This document shows, piece by piece, positions 47,204 through 56,340 of a DNA stretch of 64,000 nucleotides. Under the pieces are notes generated by a model. The model was not told the origin of the DNA. It saw only the letters and a list, made by a program, of their open reading frames with translations, and ran no database searches. The stretch lies in NCBI GenBank assembly GCA_016188295.1, contig JACPIA010000009.1:1509-65508 (forward strand), in the 5' to 3' direction. Source of the stretch: Candidatus Vogelbacteria bacterium (GTDB lineage Bacteria > Patescibacteriota > Minisyncoccia > Phycocordibacterales > XYD1-FULL-46-19). Position 1 is the first letter of the stretch, and every line of letters starts with the position of its first letter. The position numbers and the translations under genes were made by a program.

Positions 47204-47995
47204 TTATTTTACAGAGTCAATTAGGATATTGAGATATTTGCCCGGGATAGCAGTACCGGTACCAGAGACCATCCCTACAATCTCACCTTTAAGATTAAGG
47301 AGTGGGCCACCAATAGTTTGAGTGGTGGCCGCGGTCGTTAACAATGAAGTTAAACTAGTGCTTGCCACCCCACTAGTAACGCCAGTAATATTACCGATAG
47401 CAACAATCGGATCCGTCGCCGCGGCCCCTAGGGCTACTACCATTTGACCGATAGTAGTATCTGCCCCCGAAACTGTAGGCCAAGTAGAGATATCACCCTT
47501 AACGGTGATCGGTTTGTCTAAACGGAGCACCACTAGACCGGTTTTAGTATCAACATTAACTAAAGTAGCACTAGTTGAGGAGCCTAATGAGGATGAAACT
47601 TCGTAATGGAAACCCCGATTAGGAACTACTAAATTGGTAGTAATCACTAAATTGTTTTTATTAAGAAACAGAAAGCCCGTGCCTTGTTTATTTTCATCTC
47701 GACTATAAGTAGACTTGGCCTCAATATGAACTACGCCACCCGAAGCTTGGTTGATCGCTTTGATCAGCAAATCCTCACCAGTTACTATTAATGGCACCTC
47801 TTTAACCGTTCCAACCGCCGCCGGGGCTTGGACTACCTTTTCGACTGTGCGCTCGATTACTTGATTGATGGTCTGAGTAACCCCCTGCGGACTTTGGTCC
47901 ATCAGCGACACAGTAACGATCCCAGTCGCAATTGAAGTGATAAAACTGACTAACAAAGCCAGCATGATAATTTGATTTTTATTAAGCTCTTCCAT
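47204..47995 (-). CDS. Membrane-anchored trypsin/HtrA-like protein lacking the catalytic His and Ser
   Basis: GTGFLFLNKNNLVITTNLVV aligns to HtrA GSGFII...TNxHVV with His replaced. QTIGGPLLNLKGEIVGM aligns to GNSGGPLxNxxGEVIGI with Ser replaced by Ile. Confidence 0.45.
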   Translation of the reverse strand: MEELNKNQIIMLALLVSFITSIATGIVTVSLMDQSPQGVTQTINQVIERTVEKVVQAPAAVGTVKEVPLIVTGEDLLIKAINQASGGVVHIEAKSTYSRDENKQGTGFLFLNKNNLVITTNLVVPNRGFHYEVSSSLGSSTSATLVNVDTKTGLVVLRLDKPITVKGDISTWPTVSGADTTIGQMVVALGAAATDPIVAIGNITGVTSGVASTSLTSLLTTAATTQTIGGPLLNLKGEIVGMVSGTGTAIPGKYLNILIDSVK

Positions 47996-48051
47996 GTCAC
48001 CTTACTATACTTTATTTATTCGGATTTTGTCCACTAAAGCCAATTTGGTAT

Positions 48052-49146
48052 TTATAATTTAGGCTGTTGGCGCAGTTTAGTCACGACAAGAGCAGACACC
48101 CGCGCCACTCGATCAATATCACTGGTACTCGTCTTAGTATCTAAAGTAATCCTAACCGTACTCTCGGCCTGCTCTCGATCTCCACCTAAAGCCAGTATAA
48201 CATGGCCCTCGAAGTGGCCGTGATTATTACAAGCACTGCCGGTGGAGATGGCGATCCCTTTTTGATCAAGCTCCACCACTAATTGCTCGCCTGAAACACC
48301 GGCTACCGACACATTAATATTATGCGGTAAGCGTTTAACCAGATCGCCATTTACCATGACTCCCGGAATGGCAATCAATGATTTAATTAATTTATCGCGT
48401 AATAATGTTAATTTTTTAGTCTCGATCTCGCGTTTGCTATTCCATTTGACTAAAGCCTCTACGCCGGCAACAATAGCCGAAACATTCTCGGTCCCCGAGC
48501 GTAAACCAAACTCTTGACCACCGCCAAGCAACAAGGGTTTAAGTGGCGTACCGTGGCGGACATATAAAACTCCCACCCCAGCCGGTCCACCAACCTTATG
48601 AGTGTTTAAAGTCATTAAATCAACGCCCAGATCATTTACTTTTAAATTTAAAAAGCGGCTCGCTTGACAAGCATCAGTGTGAAAATACGGCGTGCTAATT
48701 TTATATTTATTTCTATGCGCTTTAATAATTTTACTAATTTCTTTAAGCGGTTGAATGGTGCCCAACTCATTACTGGCGTAAATTACCGACACTAATTTAG
48801 TCTCGCGAGTTAATAACTTTTTAAATTGTTCTAAATCCAGCAAACCTTTTTTAGTGACCGGCACTATTACAGCCTGTCGCGCTAAACCGGGCTCACGGAT
48901 AGAAGCATGTTCAATCGCACTGATCAAAATACCGCCAGTAAAGCTATTGATTACTGTATTATTGCTCTCGGTGCCACCGCTGGTAAAAATAACCTCATCG
49001 GATTTAACACTAAGCAAGCGAGCCACTTGAGTACGCGCTTTATTTAAAGCCATGCGCGCCATCCCCCCTTCCTGATGAATACTCGAGGGGTTAGACGCAC
49101 CAGCGGCGATATCCAGATATAGACGCTTCATCTTGGGACTTATCAT
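48052..49146 (-). CDS. Cysteine desulfurase (class V aminotransferase, IscS/NifS family)
   Basis: FTSGGTESNN, PLP-lysine region NTHKVGGPAGVGVLYV, active-site Cys in STGSACNNHG. Confidence 0.85.
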   Translation of the reverse strand: MISPKMKRLYLDIAAGASNPSSIHQEGGMARMALNKARTQVARLLSVKSDEVIFTSGGTESNNTVINSFTGGILISAIEHASIREPGLARQAVIVPVTKKGLLDLEQFKKLLTRETKLVSVIYASNELGTIQPLKEISKIIKAHRNKYKISTPYFHTDACQASRFLNLKVNDLGVDLMTLNTHKVGGPAGVGVLYVRHGTPLKPLLLGGGQEFGLRSGTENVSAIVAGVEALVKWNSKREIETKKLTLLRDKLIKSLIAIPGVMVNGDLVKRLPHNINVSVAGVSGEQLVVELDQKGIAISTGSACNNHGHFEGHVILALGGDREQAESTVRITLDTKTSTSDIDRVARVSALVVTKLRQQPKL

Positions 49147-49152
49147 AGTATA

Positions 49153-49620
49153 ATGAGAGATATGTTGCCACTCGAAGGCCCCTACATTTTAATTTACGCT
49201 TTAATTTTAATCGTGGTGATTTTAATTAGTTGGATTGTTTATTTAGAGCATCGACTCAATCGCTGGTGGCGTGGTAAAAAAGCCAGTGATTTAGAGAGTG
49301 TGATGATTGCCATTGGCGGAGCGATTGATGATTTTGAGACCCGGCATGGCGTGATTAATGAGCAATTAATCGACATTAACCGTCGTCTAAAAAAGAGTGT
49401 CCAAAAAGTTCAGACCTTACGCTACAACCCTTTTCGTGATCAAGGTGGTAATCAAAGTTTTACTACCGCTCTCATCAATGAAGAAGGTGACGGCGTGATA
49501 ATCTCCAGTATTTACTCTCGCGATAAAGTCAGTGTCTACAGCAAACCAATCCGAGGACTCTCCTCGGAATATGAATTAACTGATGAAGAGCGTGAGGTTT
49601 TAGAACAGACGAAGAAGTAA
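49153..49620 (+). CDS. DUF4446-like membrane-anchored protein
   Basis: N-terminal TM. RYNPFRDQGGNQSFTTALINEEGDGVIISSIYSRDKVSVYSKP resembles DUF4446 proteins (recalled from memory). Confidence 0.4.
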   Translation: MRDMLPLEGPYILIYALILIVVILISWIVYLEHRLNRWWRGKKASDLESVMIAIGGAIDDFETRHGVINEQLIDINRRLKKSVQKVQTLRYNPFRDQGGNQSFTTALINEEGDGVIISSIYSRDKVSVYSKPIRGLSSEYELTDEEREVLEQTKK

Positions 49621-49667
49621 ATTAATCTTTACCTTTAGGGTGGAAAATGGTACTGTGGGAACGCTGT

Positions 49668-51191
49668 ATGACTAAATCCGCCCCTAAAACTGAAGTGGCA
49701 ACCAAGCGCCCACCGGTGGTAGTAATTATGGGTCACGTTGATCATGGTAAATCGACCTTACTTGATTACATCCGCAAAACCAATGTGGTCGCTAGTGAAT
49801 CTGGCGGAATCACTCAGCATATTAGTGCTTATGAGGTTAAACACCAAACAGCGGAAGGTAAGGAGGAATTGATTACTTTTTTAGATACACCCGGCCACGA
49901 AGCATTTGAGTTGATGCGTACCCGCGGTGCCTTTATCTCGGATATTGCAGTCTTGATTGTCTCGGCCGAAGAGGGAGTTAAAGCCCAAACCATGGAGGCA
50001 ATTAAATCAATTAAAGCAGCCAATATCCCTTATTTGGTGGCGATCAATAAAATTGATCGCCCCGGTGCTAATCCGGAGCACGTTAGACAAGAACTCGCCG
50101 AAAAAGAGGTTTATGTTGAGAGTTATGGTGGTCAAATACCGGCGGCCGAAATTTCAGCTAAAGTAGGCACTGGCGTTAATGAATTACTCGATTTAATTTT
50201 ACTCTCAGCCGATTTAACGGATTTAACCGGAAATAAAAACAGTAACGCGACCGGTTTTGTGTTAGAGACTCATATGGATCCAAAGAATGGCGGCACAGCG
50301 ACTTTGGTGATTAAAAACGGTACGTTAAATTTAGGCGACTTTGTCGTGGCTGGCAGTACTGTCACTAAACTCAAGAAAATAGAAAACTATAACGGAGTGA
50401 TGGGTAAAAACTTTACTTTCTCCGCTCCAGTTAAGGCCTTTGGCTTTAGTGAATTACCACCGGTTGGTGCAACCTTTGCTAGTTTTGGCGATAAAAAAGA
50501 AGCGGAAGTGGCGATGGTAGCCAATAAGCAAACACCAACCGTGCGCCAATTAGCCGACAATACTAACAGCGAAACAGCGACTATTATTCCGGTGATTTTA
50601 AAAGCGGATGTAACCGGCTCATTGGAGGCACTGGAGAAGGCAGTACGTGCTCAAGCCAGTGGCAACGTTGAGATTAAAATTTTAGCCACTGGTATTGGAG
50701 CGATTAATGATAATGATATTAAATCAGCCAGCGCTTCAGACCAATCACTGGTTTTAGGTTTTAGAGTCAAAATTGAAAAGGGGGCTAAAGATTTAGCTAA
50801 GCGCTTTAATTTAATTGTTGAGACCTTTGATATCATTTACAAATTAACCGAACGCCTAGCTGAATTGGTGGTCGCCCGCACTCCGCGAGTATTGGTGGAG
50901 GAGACGGTGGGGAAAGCCAAAATTTTAAAGCTCTTTGGTAAAACTAAGGATCGCCAAATTGCCGGTGGCCAAGTGTTGAGTGGTAAAATCTTGCGCGGTC
51001 GGGAAGTTAAAATTCTACGTCGTGATTTTGAGATTGGCCGAGGCCGGATTGTCGAATTGGAACAACAAAAAACCAAAACTGCCGAGGTGGCTGAGGGTAA
51101 TCAATTTGGCTCGATGATCGAGTCGCGTATCGCCTTGGCTATGGGCGACACTATCGAAGTATTTGATAATGTGGAAAAAGTGGCGGAATAA
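49668..51191 (+). CDS. infB: Translation initiation factor IF-2 (short form starting at the G domain)
   Basis: [31 protein letters not shown]. Start taken at MTKS; the ORF is open from 49647. Confidence 0.85.
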   Translation: MTKSAPKTEVATKRPPVVVIMGHVDHGKSTLLDYIRKTNVVASESGGITQHISAYEVKHQTAEGKEELITFLDTPGHEAFELMRTRGAFISDIAVLIVSAEEGVKAQTMEAIKSIKAANIPYLVAINKIDRPGANPEHVRQELAEKEVYVESYGGQIPAAEISAKVGTGVNELLDLILLSADLTDLTGNKNSNATGFVLETHMDPKNGGTATLVIKNGTLNLGDFVVAGSTVTKLKKIENYNGVMGKNFTFSAPVKAFGFSELPPVGATFASFGDKKEAEVAMVANKQTPTVRQLADNTNSETATIIPVILKADVTGSLEALEKAVRAQASGNVEIKILATGIGAINDNDIKSASASDQSLVLGFRVKIEKGAKDLAKRFNLIVETFDIIYKLTERLAELVVARTPRVLVEETVGKAKILKLFGKTKDRQIAGGQVLSGKILRGREVKILRRDFEIGRGRIVELEQQKTKTAEVAEGNQFGSMIESRIALAMGDTIEVFDNVEKVAE

Positions 51192-51197
51192 GGCATA

Positions 51198-51488
51198 ATG
51201 AATACGGCCAGCAACAAACGCAAACAAGCAATCATGGCTGCCAGTGCTGAATTTTTAACACGGGTCAGTGGTCGGCAATCGTTGATTACCGTGACCGATG
51301 CTGACGTCTCGCCTGATGGTCGTAATGCTACCATTTACATCTCGGTATTACCGGGAAGCGCGAACAAGCAAGCACTGGAGTTTTGTAACCGGCAATTGAG
51401 TGACTTGCGCGAGCACGTTGGTGAGCGGGTACGGTTGCGGACACTCCCCCACTTTGAAGTTGCACTTGATCCAAACATCCAATTATAA
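51198..51488 (+). CDS. rbfA: Ribosome-binding factor A
   Basis: 96 aa: ...LITVTDADVSPDGRNATIYISVL...LRTLPHFEVALD. infB-rbfA synteny. Confidence 0.65.
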   Translation: MNTASNKRKQAIMAASAEFLTRVSGRQSLITVTDADVSPDGRNATIYISVLPGSANKQALEFCNRQLSDLREHVGERVRLRTLPHFEVALDPNIQL

Positions 51489-51491
51489 TAA

Positions 51492-51566
51492 GGCACGGTG
51501 GTGAAATGGTAACACTGCGGTCTGCAAAACCGCCATGCGCGGGTTCGATTCCCGCCCGTGCCTCCA
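51492..51566 (+). tRNA. tRNA-Cys (anticodon GCA), CCA encoded
   Basis: Manual fold: acceptor GGCACGG/CCGTGCC, anticodon stem GCGGT/ACCGC, loop CTGCAAA, T-arm GCGGG-TTCGATT-CCCGC. Confidence 0.8.
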
Positions 51567-51571
51567 GAATT

Positions 51572-52060
51572 ATGAATCGCAAGCGAAGGTGGACCTTACC
51601 ACAACTAACTGATGTAGTAAAAAGTGTTTACAGTTTAAGACAAGTTTTAAGTAAGTTAAACCTAAAACCAACCGGCGGTAATTACAATCAAGTCAAAAAG
51701 TATATTTTAGAGTCAAAATTGGATACTAAACACTTTAAGGGTAAAGCTTGGAACAAAGGTTTGTGTGGAATTGGAAAACCAATATACTCACTGAAAGATA
51801 TCTTAACAGTCGATAGTAGCTATCAGAGCTATAAACTCAAAAATCGGTTGTTTAAAGCTGGACTTAAACAACCTAAATGTGAAATATGTGGTTGGTCTAA
51901 AAAATCAGTCGATGGACGTACCCCAGTTGAACTTGATCACATTAATGGTAATAATAGAGATAATCGGATAATTAATCTGAGAATATTGTGTCCTAACTGC
52001 CATAGCCTACAATCAACTCATCGTGGTAGAAATAGGACTATAAAAAAGCCGGGGTGGTGA
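51572..52060 (+). CDS. Free-standing HNH endonuclease (homing-endonuclease-like)
   Basis: Starts 6 nt after tRNA-Cys and ends 13 nt inside tRNA-Leu. CEICGW...VELDHINGNNRDNRIINLRILCPNCHSLQ (HNH, Cys4-type). Low-GC coding. Confidence 0.7.
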   Translation: MNRKRRWTLPQLTDVVKSVYSLRQVLSKLNLKPTGGNYNQVKKYILESKLDTKHFKGKAWNKGLCGIGKPIYSLKDILTVDSSYQSYKLKNRLFKAGLKQPKCEICGWSKKSVDGRTPVELDHINGNNRDNRIINLRILCPNCHSLQSTHRGRNRTIKKPGW

Positions 52061-52134
52061 AATTGGTAGACACGCAACACTTAAAATGTTGTGAGCGTAA
52101 GCTCTTGCGGGTTCGATTCCCGCCCTCGGCACCA
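52048..52134 (+). tRNA. tRNA-Leu (anticodon TAA), CCA encoded
   Basis: Manual fold: acceptor GCCGGGG/CCTCGGC, anticodon stem CAACA/TGTTG, loop CTTAAAA, long variable arm, T-arm GCGGG-TTCGATT-CCCGC. Confidence 0.8.
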
Positions 52135-52425
52135 CGTAGGAAAAGTCAATGCCTCGCGGCGCGGAACGCGCCGCTCGGCGACCAAATCGTACGGATTTTT
52201 CGGGGCAAAAAGAAATTCCCGATTCCGTAAAATATGGTTCGCGCCGATGTTTTTCATAAATGTTGTCATTTCGGAAAGATTTTCTGATTCCAGTAAGTTA
52301 GTGGCTTGATTTAAGGATTTTACGAACTCACGAGCCGGTTCGAGCCAAGACAAACCTTTTTGTTCAAAGTCGACAATTTTCTCTTGCAAAGATACTTTCT
52401 GCAAGATGAGAACGTTCTTTTCCAA
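52081..52425 (-). pseudogene. Possible gene remnant (114-aa ORF whose 3' end runs antisense through tRNA-Leu)
   Basis: ORF with coding-like N-terminus (LSWLEPAREFVKSLNQATNLLESEN) and no stop before it overlaps the tRNA by 54 nt. Could be a disrupted gene or an artefact. Confidence 0.15.
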
Positions 52426-52530
52426 GAAGCGGCACTTGCCGCTTCTTGACTTTTATGGTCTGATATGCTATCCTTGGATGAAATCCAAGCATGGTGCTTA
52501 GATAAGTTGAACCTTGAAAAGGAGGCAAAT

Positions 52531-52800
52531 ATGAACCGCGGAAAGTGGTACTTCGTTTACACCTACCGAGACACATTTGGAGGAGGCCTTGCCGGTACGA
52601 CCGAGCATGAAGAAATTCCTCTGAAGGCGACTACCGAAGAGGGAGCGATCGTGGAGGCGAAAGTAATCTGGGAGAAGAAAGTCGCCGAAACTCGCACCTA
52701 CTGGGAGAAGCAAAAGAAGGAATGGGCGACTCCGCCGGCAAGTTCGTTCAAGGACGGACCCCACACACCTCGTGTCATCTACAAAATCTCGCTACAATGA
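52531..52800 (+). CDS. Hypothetical protein in high-GC insert
   Basis: SD AAGGAGG 7 nt upstream. MNRGKWYFVYTYRDTFGGGL..., 89 aa. Stop overlaps the next start (ATGA). Confidence 0.45.
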   Translation: MNRGKWYFVYTYRDTFGGGLAGTTEHEEIPLKATTEEGAIVEAKVIWEKKVAETRTYWEKQKKEWATPPASSFKDGPHTPRVIYKISLQ

Positions 52801-52811
52801 GGAGGATGACG

Positions 52812-53286
52812 ATGACACAAGAACAACGCTGGACGGCTCTGTGGCAACGTCTTGGTGCGAGAGGAGACGCAAGCGTGGTCTACAACGACCTCGCTATGCG
52901 ATACTCCGAACCGCACCGAGCGTACCACACTCACGGTAGAAGTGGCGAGAAATGCTTCGTTGCCCGACAACCTCGGACAATCAGTAGCAAATTTCATCAC
53001 AGCAACGAAGCACACTTCGGCTCCCACCAATCCTGATGTTCAGCTTCTCGTTGATGTCGATCTCTCGATTCTCGGTCAATCCGAGGACAAGTTCGATGAA
53101 TACGAGCGGCAGGTTCGTAAGGAATACGAGTGGGTCGCCGAGAATGCGTTCGTCGCCGGACGGTCGGCAATCCTCAAGTCGTTTCTCGACCGACCGACTA
53201 TCTACTCGACGCAGTTCTTCCGCAACAAGTACGAAGCGCAAACTCGGCGAAACATCGCCAGATCACTTGCCCGCCTTCGGACGTAA
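52812..53286 (+). pseudogene. Frameshifted, internally shortened remnant of an HD-superfamily phosphohydrolase (the family with RWxxLWxRLG...EPHRxYHT at the N-terminus and DLSILG...EY.WV C-terminal block)
   Basis: Frame 0 gives MTQEQRWTALWQRLGARGDASVVYNDLAMRYSEPHRAYHT, then diverges to a stop at 53036. Frame +1 from about 52930 gives ...ATKHTSAPTNPDVQLLVDVDLSILGQSEDKFDEYERQVRKEYEWVAENAFVAGRSAILKSFLDRPTIYSTQFFRNKYEAQTRRNIARSLARL. The family match is from memory. Confidence 0.4.
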
Positions 53287-53287
53287 C

Positions 53288-53323
53288 ATGGGCATTCTCG
53301 CAAGAGGGTGCCCATTCTTTTTT
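53288..53323 (+). terminator. Intrinsic terminator (ATGGGCATTCTC-gcaa-GAGGGTGCCCAT + TCTTTTTT)
   Basis: Hairpin plus T-run 2 nt after the stop of the HD remnant. Confidence 0.55.
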
Positions 53324-53570
53324 GAAAGAACAAAGAATTTGCCGCCGAGACTGAAATTCGTTAGAATTTCAGTAATCCGAACTCCGCCAAAGAAAAACTT
53401 GAAAGGGAAGAAATTTTTTAATCATACAAATTTAGAAACGGGAGATGCTAGATATGGCGTTTTTGTTTAGCTTGACGTAAGAGTGATATTATGCTTTGCT
53501 CTACTCGGCGCAATAATCGGGTCATAATGACTCGATCGCACATTTCAAAACTCAAAACTGGAGGTAAATA

Positions 53571-53834
53571 ATGAGGAGTTTAATGAGGAGTTTCTTTCTT
53601 GTTCTCGAGGACGCAGTGACTGTTCTGTGGTTCGGGATTCAGATTATCCTGTTGTTTGTTTTCATGTTCATGATAGTCTCGAACATCCCCTGGACGTCGG
53701 AAGATTTGTTGATGGTATTCTCGCTGGTTATGATCTGGACCGCGATCAGCTATTACCTGATCAGTATCTTCATGACGGAGCTGACGATGCCAGGCTCGAA
53801 GTGGATTCGTTTCAACAAATTGAAATTCTCATAA
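53571..53834 (+). CDS. Candidate small 2-TM membrane protein
   Basis: SD GGAGGT 8 nt upstream. MRSLMRSFFLVLEDAVTVLWFGIQIILLFVFMFMIVSN... Start region contains a 12-nt direct duplication (atgaggagttta/atgaggagtttc). Confidence 0.35.
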   Translation: MRSLMRSFFLVLEDAVTVLWFGIQIILLFVFMFMIVSNIPWTSEDLLMVFSLVMIWTAISYYLISIFMTELTMPGSKWIRFNKLKFS

Positions 53835-53881
53835 AAATGTTTTATCCTTACTAAGTAATAATGTAATGGATTTGAAACAAA

Positions 53882-53954
53882 GCCCTGTTAGCTCAGTTGG
53901 TAGAGCAGTCGCCTCTTAAGCGAACGGTCGTTGGTTCGAATCCAACACGGGGCA
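53882..53954 (+). tRNA. tRNA-Lys (anticodon CTT)
   Basis: Manual fold: acceptor GCCCTGT/ACGGGGC, D-arm GCTC-AGTTGGTA-GAGC, anticodon loop CTCTTAA, T-arm GTTGG-TTCGAAT-CCAAC. No CCA. Confidence 0.8.
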
Positions 53955-53971
53955 CTCGGAAAAATAAATAT

Positions 53972-54053
53972 GCTGGGGTGGCGAAATTGGCAGACGCACT
54001 TGCCTTAGGAGCAAGCGGGGTAACCCATGGAGGTTCAAGTCCTCTCCCCAGCA
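53972..54053 (+). tRNA. tRNA-Leu (anticodon TAG)
   Basis: Manual fold: acceptor GCTGGGG/CCCCAGC, anticodon stem CTTGC/GCAAG, loop CTTAGGA, long variable arm, T-loop TTCAAGT. Confidence 0.8.
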
Positions 54054-54067
54054 CTAGAATAGAACTT

Positions 54068-55030
54068 ATGTCTAATCCCAAAAAAATTTTAGTAACCGGT
54101 TGTGCGGGCTTTATTGGCAGTAATTTTATAAAACAGTTTAAGAAAAAATGGCCAAAAACTAAGATTATCGGTCTTGATAATTTCTCGACCGGCAGACAAG
54201 ATGCGCTGGACCCGTCAATTATTTTTTACGAGGGATCAATTTTAGACGAAACGCTTTTGGAAAAAATTTTTTCTAAACACAAACCGGAATATGTTTTTCA
54301 TTTCGCCGCACTACCCCGAGTTTCTTACTCGATTGAGCATCCACGACACACCAGCGAAGTTAATATTATTGGAACTATTGCGCTGTTAGAAGCGGCAAAA
54401 AATCATAACGTAAAAAGATTGATCTATTCATCATCTTCATCTGTCTACGGTGGTGCAAAAAAACTGCCGACCAAAGAATCAGAAAATTTCCCCGACCCCA
54501 AATCTCCTTATGCTGTTCAAAAATACATCGGCGAGCCGTTTTGTAAAATTTTTAGCGAGCTATTTGGACTAGATACTGTCTGTCTCCGTTATTTTAATGT
54601 TTTTGGTCCCGGCCAATATGGCAATTCACCATACTCCACAGTCATATCGGCCTGGCTGGAGTCATCATATTTTCCGAACCAGAAAAAAGCATTTATAGAG
54701 GGGGCTGGCAACCAATCAAGGGATTTTTGTTATATCGATAATGTCGTCCGAGCCAATATTTTAGCTATGCAATCAAAAAATAATTTTAAAGGGGAAGTAT
54801 TTAATATCGCACATGGAAACCAGATAACGATTAACGAGGTAAAAAAACTAATAGAGAAATATACCAATAAGAAACTAATGTTAGAAAAACGTCCATCGAG
54901 ATTGGGGGATGTAACGCGTACTTGCGCTGACATTTCCAAAGCTAAAAAGTTTTTAGGCTACCAGCCAGTTGTAGATTTTGATGAGGGATTAAGACGGACA
55001 GTCGTCTGGTTTGAATCCCGCAAAAGATAA
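54068..55030 (+). CDS. NAD-dependent nucleotide-sugar epimerase/dehydratase (SDR extended family)
   Basis: ILVTGCAGFIGSNF (GxxGxxG), catalytic YAVQK (YxxxK). Start at MSNPKK; the upstream part of the reported ORF covers two tRNAs. Confidence 0.8.
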   Translation: MSNPKKILVTGCAGFIGSNFIKQFKKKWPKTKIIGLDNFSTGRQDALDPSIIFYEGSILDETLLEKIFSKHKPEYVFHFAALPRVSYSIEHPRHTSEVNIIGTIALLEAAKNHNVKRLIYSSSSSVYGGAKKLPTKESENFPDPKSPYAVQKYIGEPFCKIFSELFGLDTVCLRYFNVFGPGQYGNSPYSTVISAWLESSYFPNQKKAFIEGAGNQSRDFCYIDNVVRANILAMQSKNNFKGEVFNIAHGNQITINEVKKLIEKYTNKKLMLEKRPSRLGDVTRTCADISKAKKFLGYQPVVDFDEGLRRTVVWFESRKR

Positions 55031-55179
55031 TAATTTCTTAATTTACATTGACAAAGTAAGGTCTATTATGCTATAATAAAAAGCAGAAGAGACGGCCTAA
55101 AACCTATCGTTTTGGAGCCCCAAAATAAGGTCATTGACATTCAATTGACTACAAATCCCCTATCGGGGGGAAGGAGGTT

Positions 55180-56340
55180 GTGATGATCGCATTGCGCAAA
55201 TACCACGGTGTTGGCCTGGCATTGTACGGGGTGTTGTTCTTGATTACCTACGTACTACTGTCTCTGCCAAATCCGGAGGACATGTGGTTGGCAAAGGATT
55301 TTAACATCTTCGTCGCCCTTCTCGTCTTGTTCTTACTCTACGGCACAATACCGAGCATTAAATCGGTTGCTGGAGATGAGATTGCTATTTTGTACTTTTA
55401 CGGAATAGCTCTCGCTGAAGCTCTTCCTGGTCCAGTGTGGGTGCCCTATGGCATCATTCAGTTGGTTAAAGGATCAACCAGGACAAATCAACGAGAGTTG
55501 CCTGACGGCAGAGTGTTTGAGGGCGACACCAAAGACACTGGCGGTGTAGTACCAGCCGGTCTGGTCGCACCAATTAGGATCCCCTTCGGACTGTATGACC
55601 AAAAGGATGAATTAAAGAGAAGGAAGATTGGGAAGAAACACCAGTACATAATCCCAGAGACTAAGGCTTCAGAAAAAGACCCCTTGGCAAAGCGCCGAAT
55701 AGTCGCAACAGTAACTATCTTTTACACCTGGGTCATCAATCCAACGGCGGGCGAATTCCTCAAATTCCTCCAAGTTATCGGTATACGTTCTCTGGAGGAG
55801 CAAATCCAAGAAGTAAACAAACAAATTGAGGATACGATCATCGGCACGTTGAGCGGCAACTTAGCATTGATGACTGCCGCGACAGCCAGACTCAACTTCG
55901 ACGCCATTAAAGAGGAGATTGATGTTGAAGTTCAAGGGTTAGTTAGTGGCTGGGGAATAACAGTAAAAACCATCCAGCTTAAGAGTATAGATTTCAACCA
56001 TACTCTCAACAAAAGTCTGACTGATTTGGCCGAGGCAGACAATAAAGCCCAGACCAAAATCGTCGATGCCGAAGCGGAAAGAGTCACAAGAGTGAAAGAA
56101 GGTGCGGGTACAGCACAGGCTCGATACTCTTTCATGGCCGCCGAAGCAAAGGGTAACACAGCCTTAGCCAACGCTGCTCGTGATCCAGTCGCCAGAGAAA
56201 TGGCCCATCTCCAAGCCGCTGTAGCAGTAGCCAAAGAAACAAAGCCAATCATCAACTCTGGTAATGACAGTGCGTTAGGCGCATTGATTAACTTGACCAA
56301 CATCAACGCGGCTAGAAAAACAACCGAGGAGAAATCATAA
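55180..56340 (+). CDS. SPFH/band-7 (stomatin/HflK-like) membrane protein
   Basis: Two N-terminal TM helices. SPFH core (TVTIFYTWVINPTAGEFLKF...WGITVKTIQLKSIDFN...KAQTKIVDAEAERVTRVKEGAGTAQA) and Ala-rich coiled-coil tail. Confidence 0.65.
   Translation: MMIALRKYHGVGLALYGVLFLITYVLLSLPNPEDMWLAKDFNIFVALLVLFLLYGTIPSIKSVAGDEIAILYFYGIALAEALPGPVWVPYGIIQLVKGSTRTNQRELPDGRVFEGDTKDTGGVVPAGLVAPIRIPFGLYDQKDELKRRKIGKKHQYIIPETKASEKDPLAKRRIVATVTIFYTWVINPTAGEFLKFLQVIGIRSLEEQIQEVNKQIEDTIIGTLSGNLALMTAATARLNFDAIKEEIDVEVQGLVSGWGITVKTIQLKSIDFNHTLNKSLTDLAEADNKAQTKIVDAEAERVTRVKEGAGTAQARYSFMAAEAKGNTALANAARDPVAREMAHLQAAVAVAKETKPIINSGNDSALGALINLTNINAARKTTEEKS

Noticed and set aside
51506-51571. First 22 codons of ORF 51506..52060
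   Set aside because: These codons read through tRNA-Cys (the translation RSAKPPCAGSIPARAS is the tRNA sequence). The HNH gene start was set at ATG 51572, just after the tRNA.
52426-52447. Perfect 8-bp hairpin GAAGCGGC-actt-GCCGCTTC followed by TTGACT considered as a promoter or terminator pair
   Set aside because: It is plausible as the terminator of the minus-strand remnant ORF plus the -35 of the SD-led gene at 52531. The -10 (TATCCT/TATGCT) is weak and the spacing ambiguous, so it is not reported as a feature.
53036-53470. ORF 53036..53470 (+) 144 aa and sibling ORFs 52779..53030 (-), 52981..53241 (-), 53130..53354 (+)
   Set aside because: They are Ser/Arg-rich low-complexity translations typical of non-coding frames in high-GC DNA. 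They overlap the better-supported HD-remnant frame and its terminator.
53893-54081. ORF 53893..54081 (-) and the 5' extension of ORF 53897..55030 (+)
   Set aside because: Both cover tRNA-Lys and tRNA-Leu(TAG). The epimerase start was set at ATG 54068, just downstream of the tRNAs.
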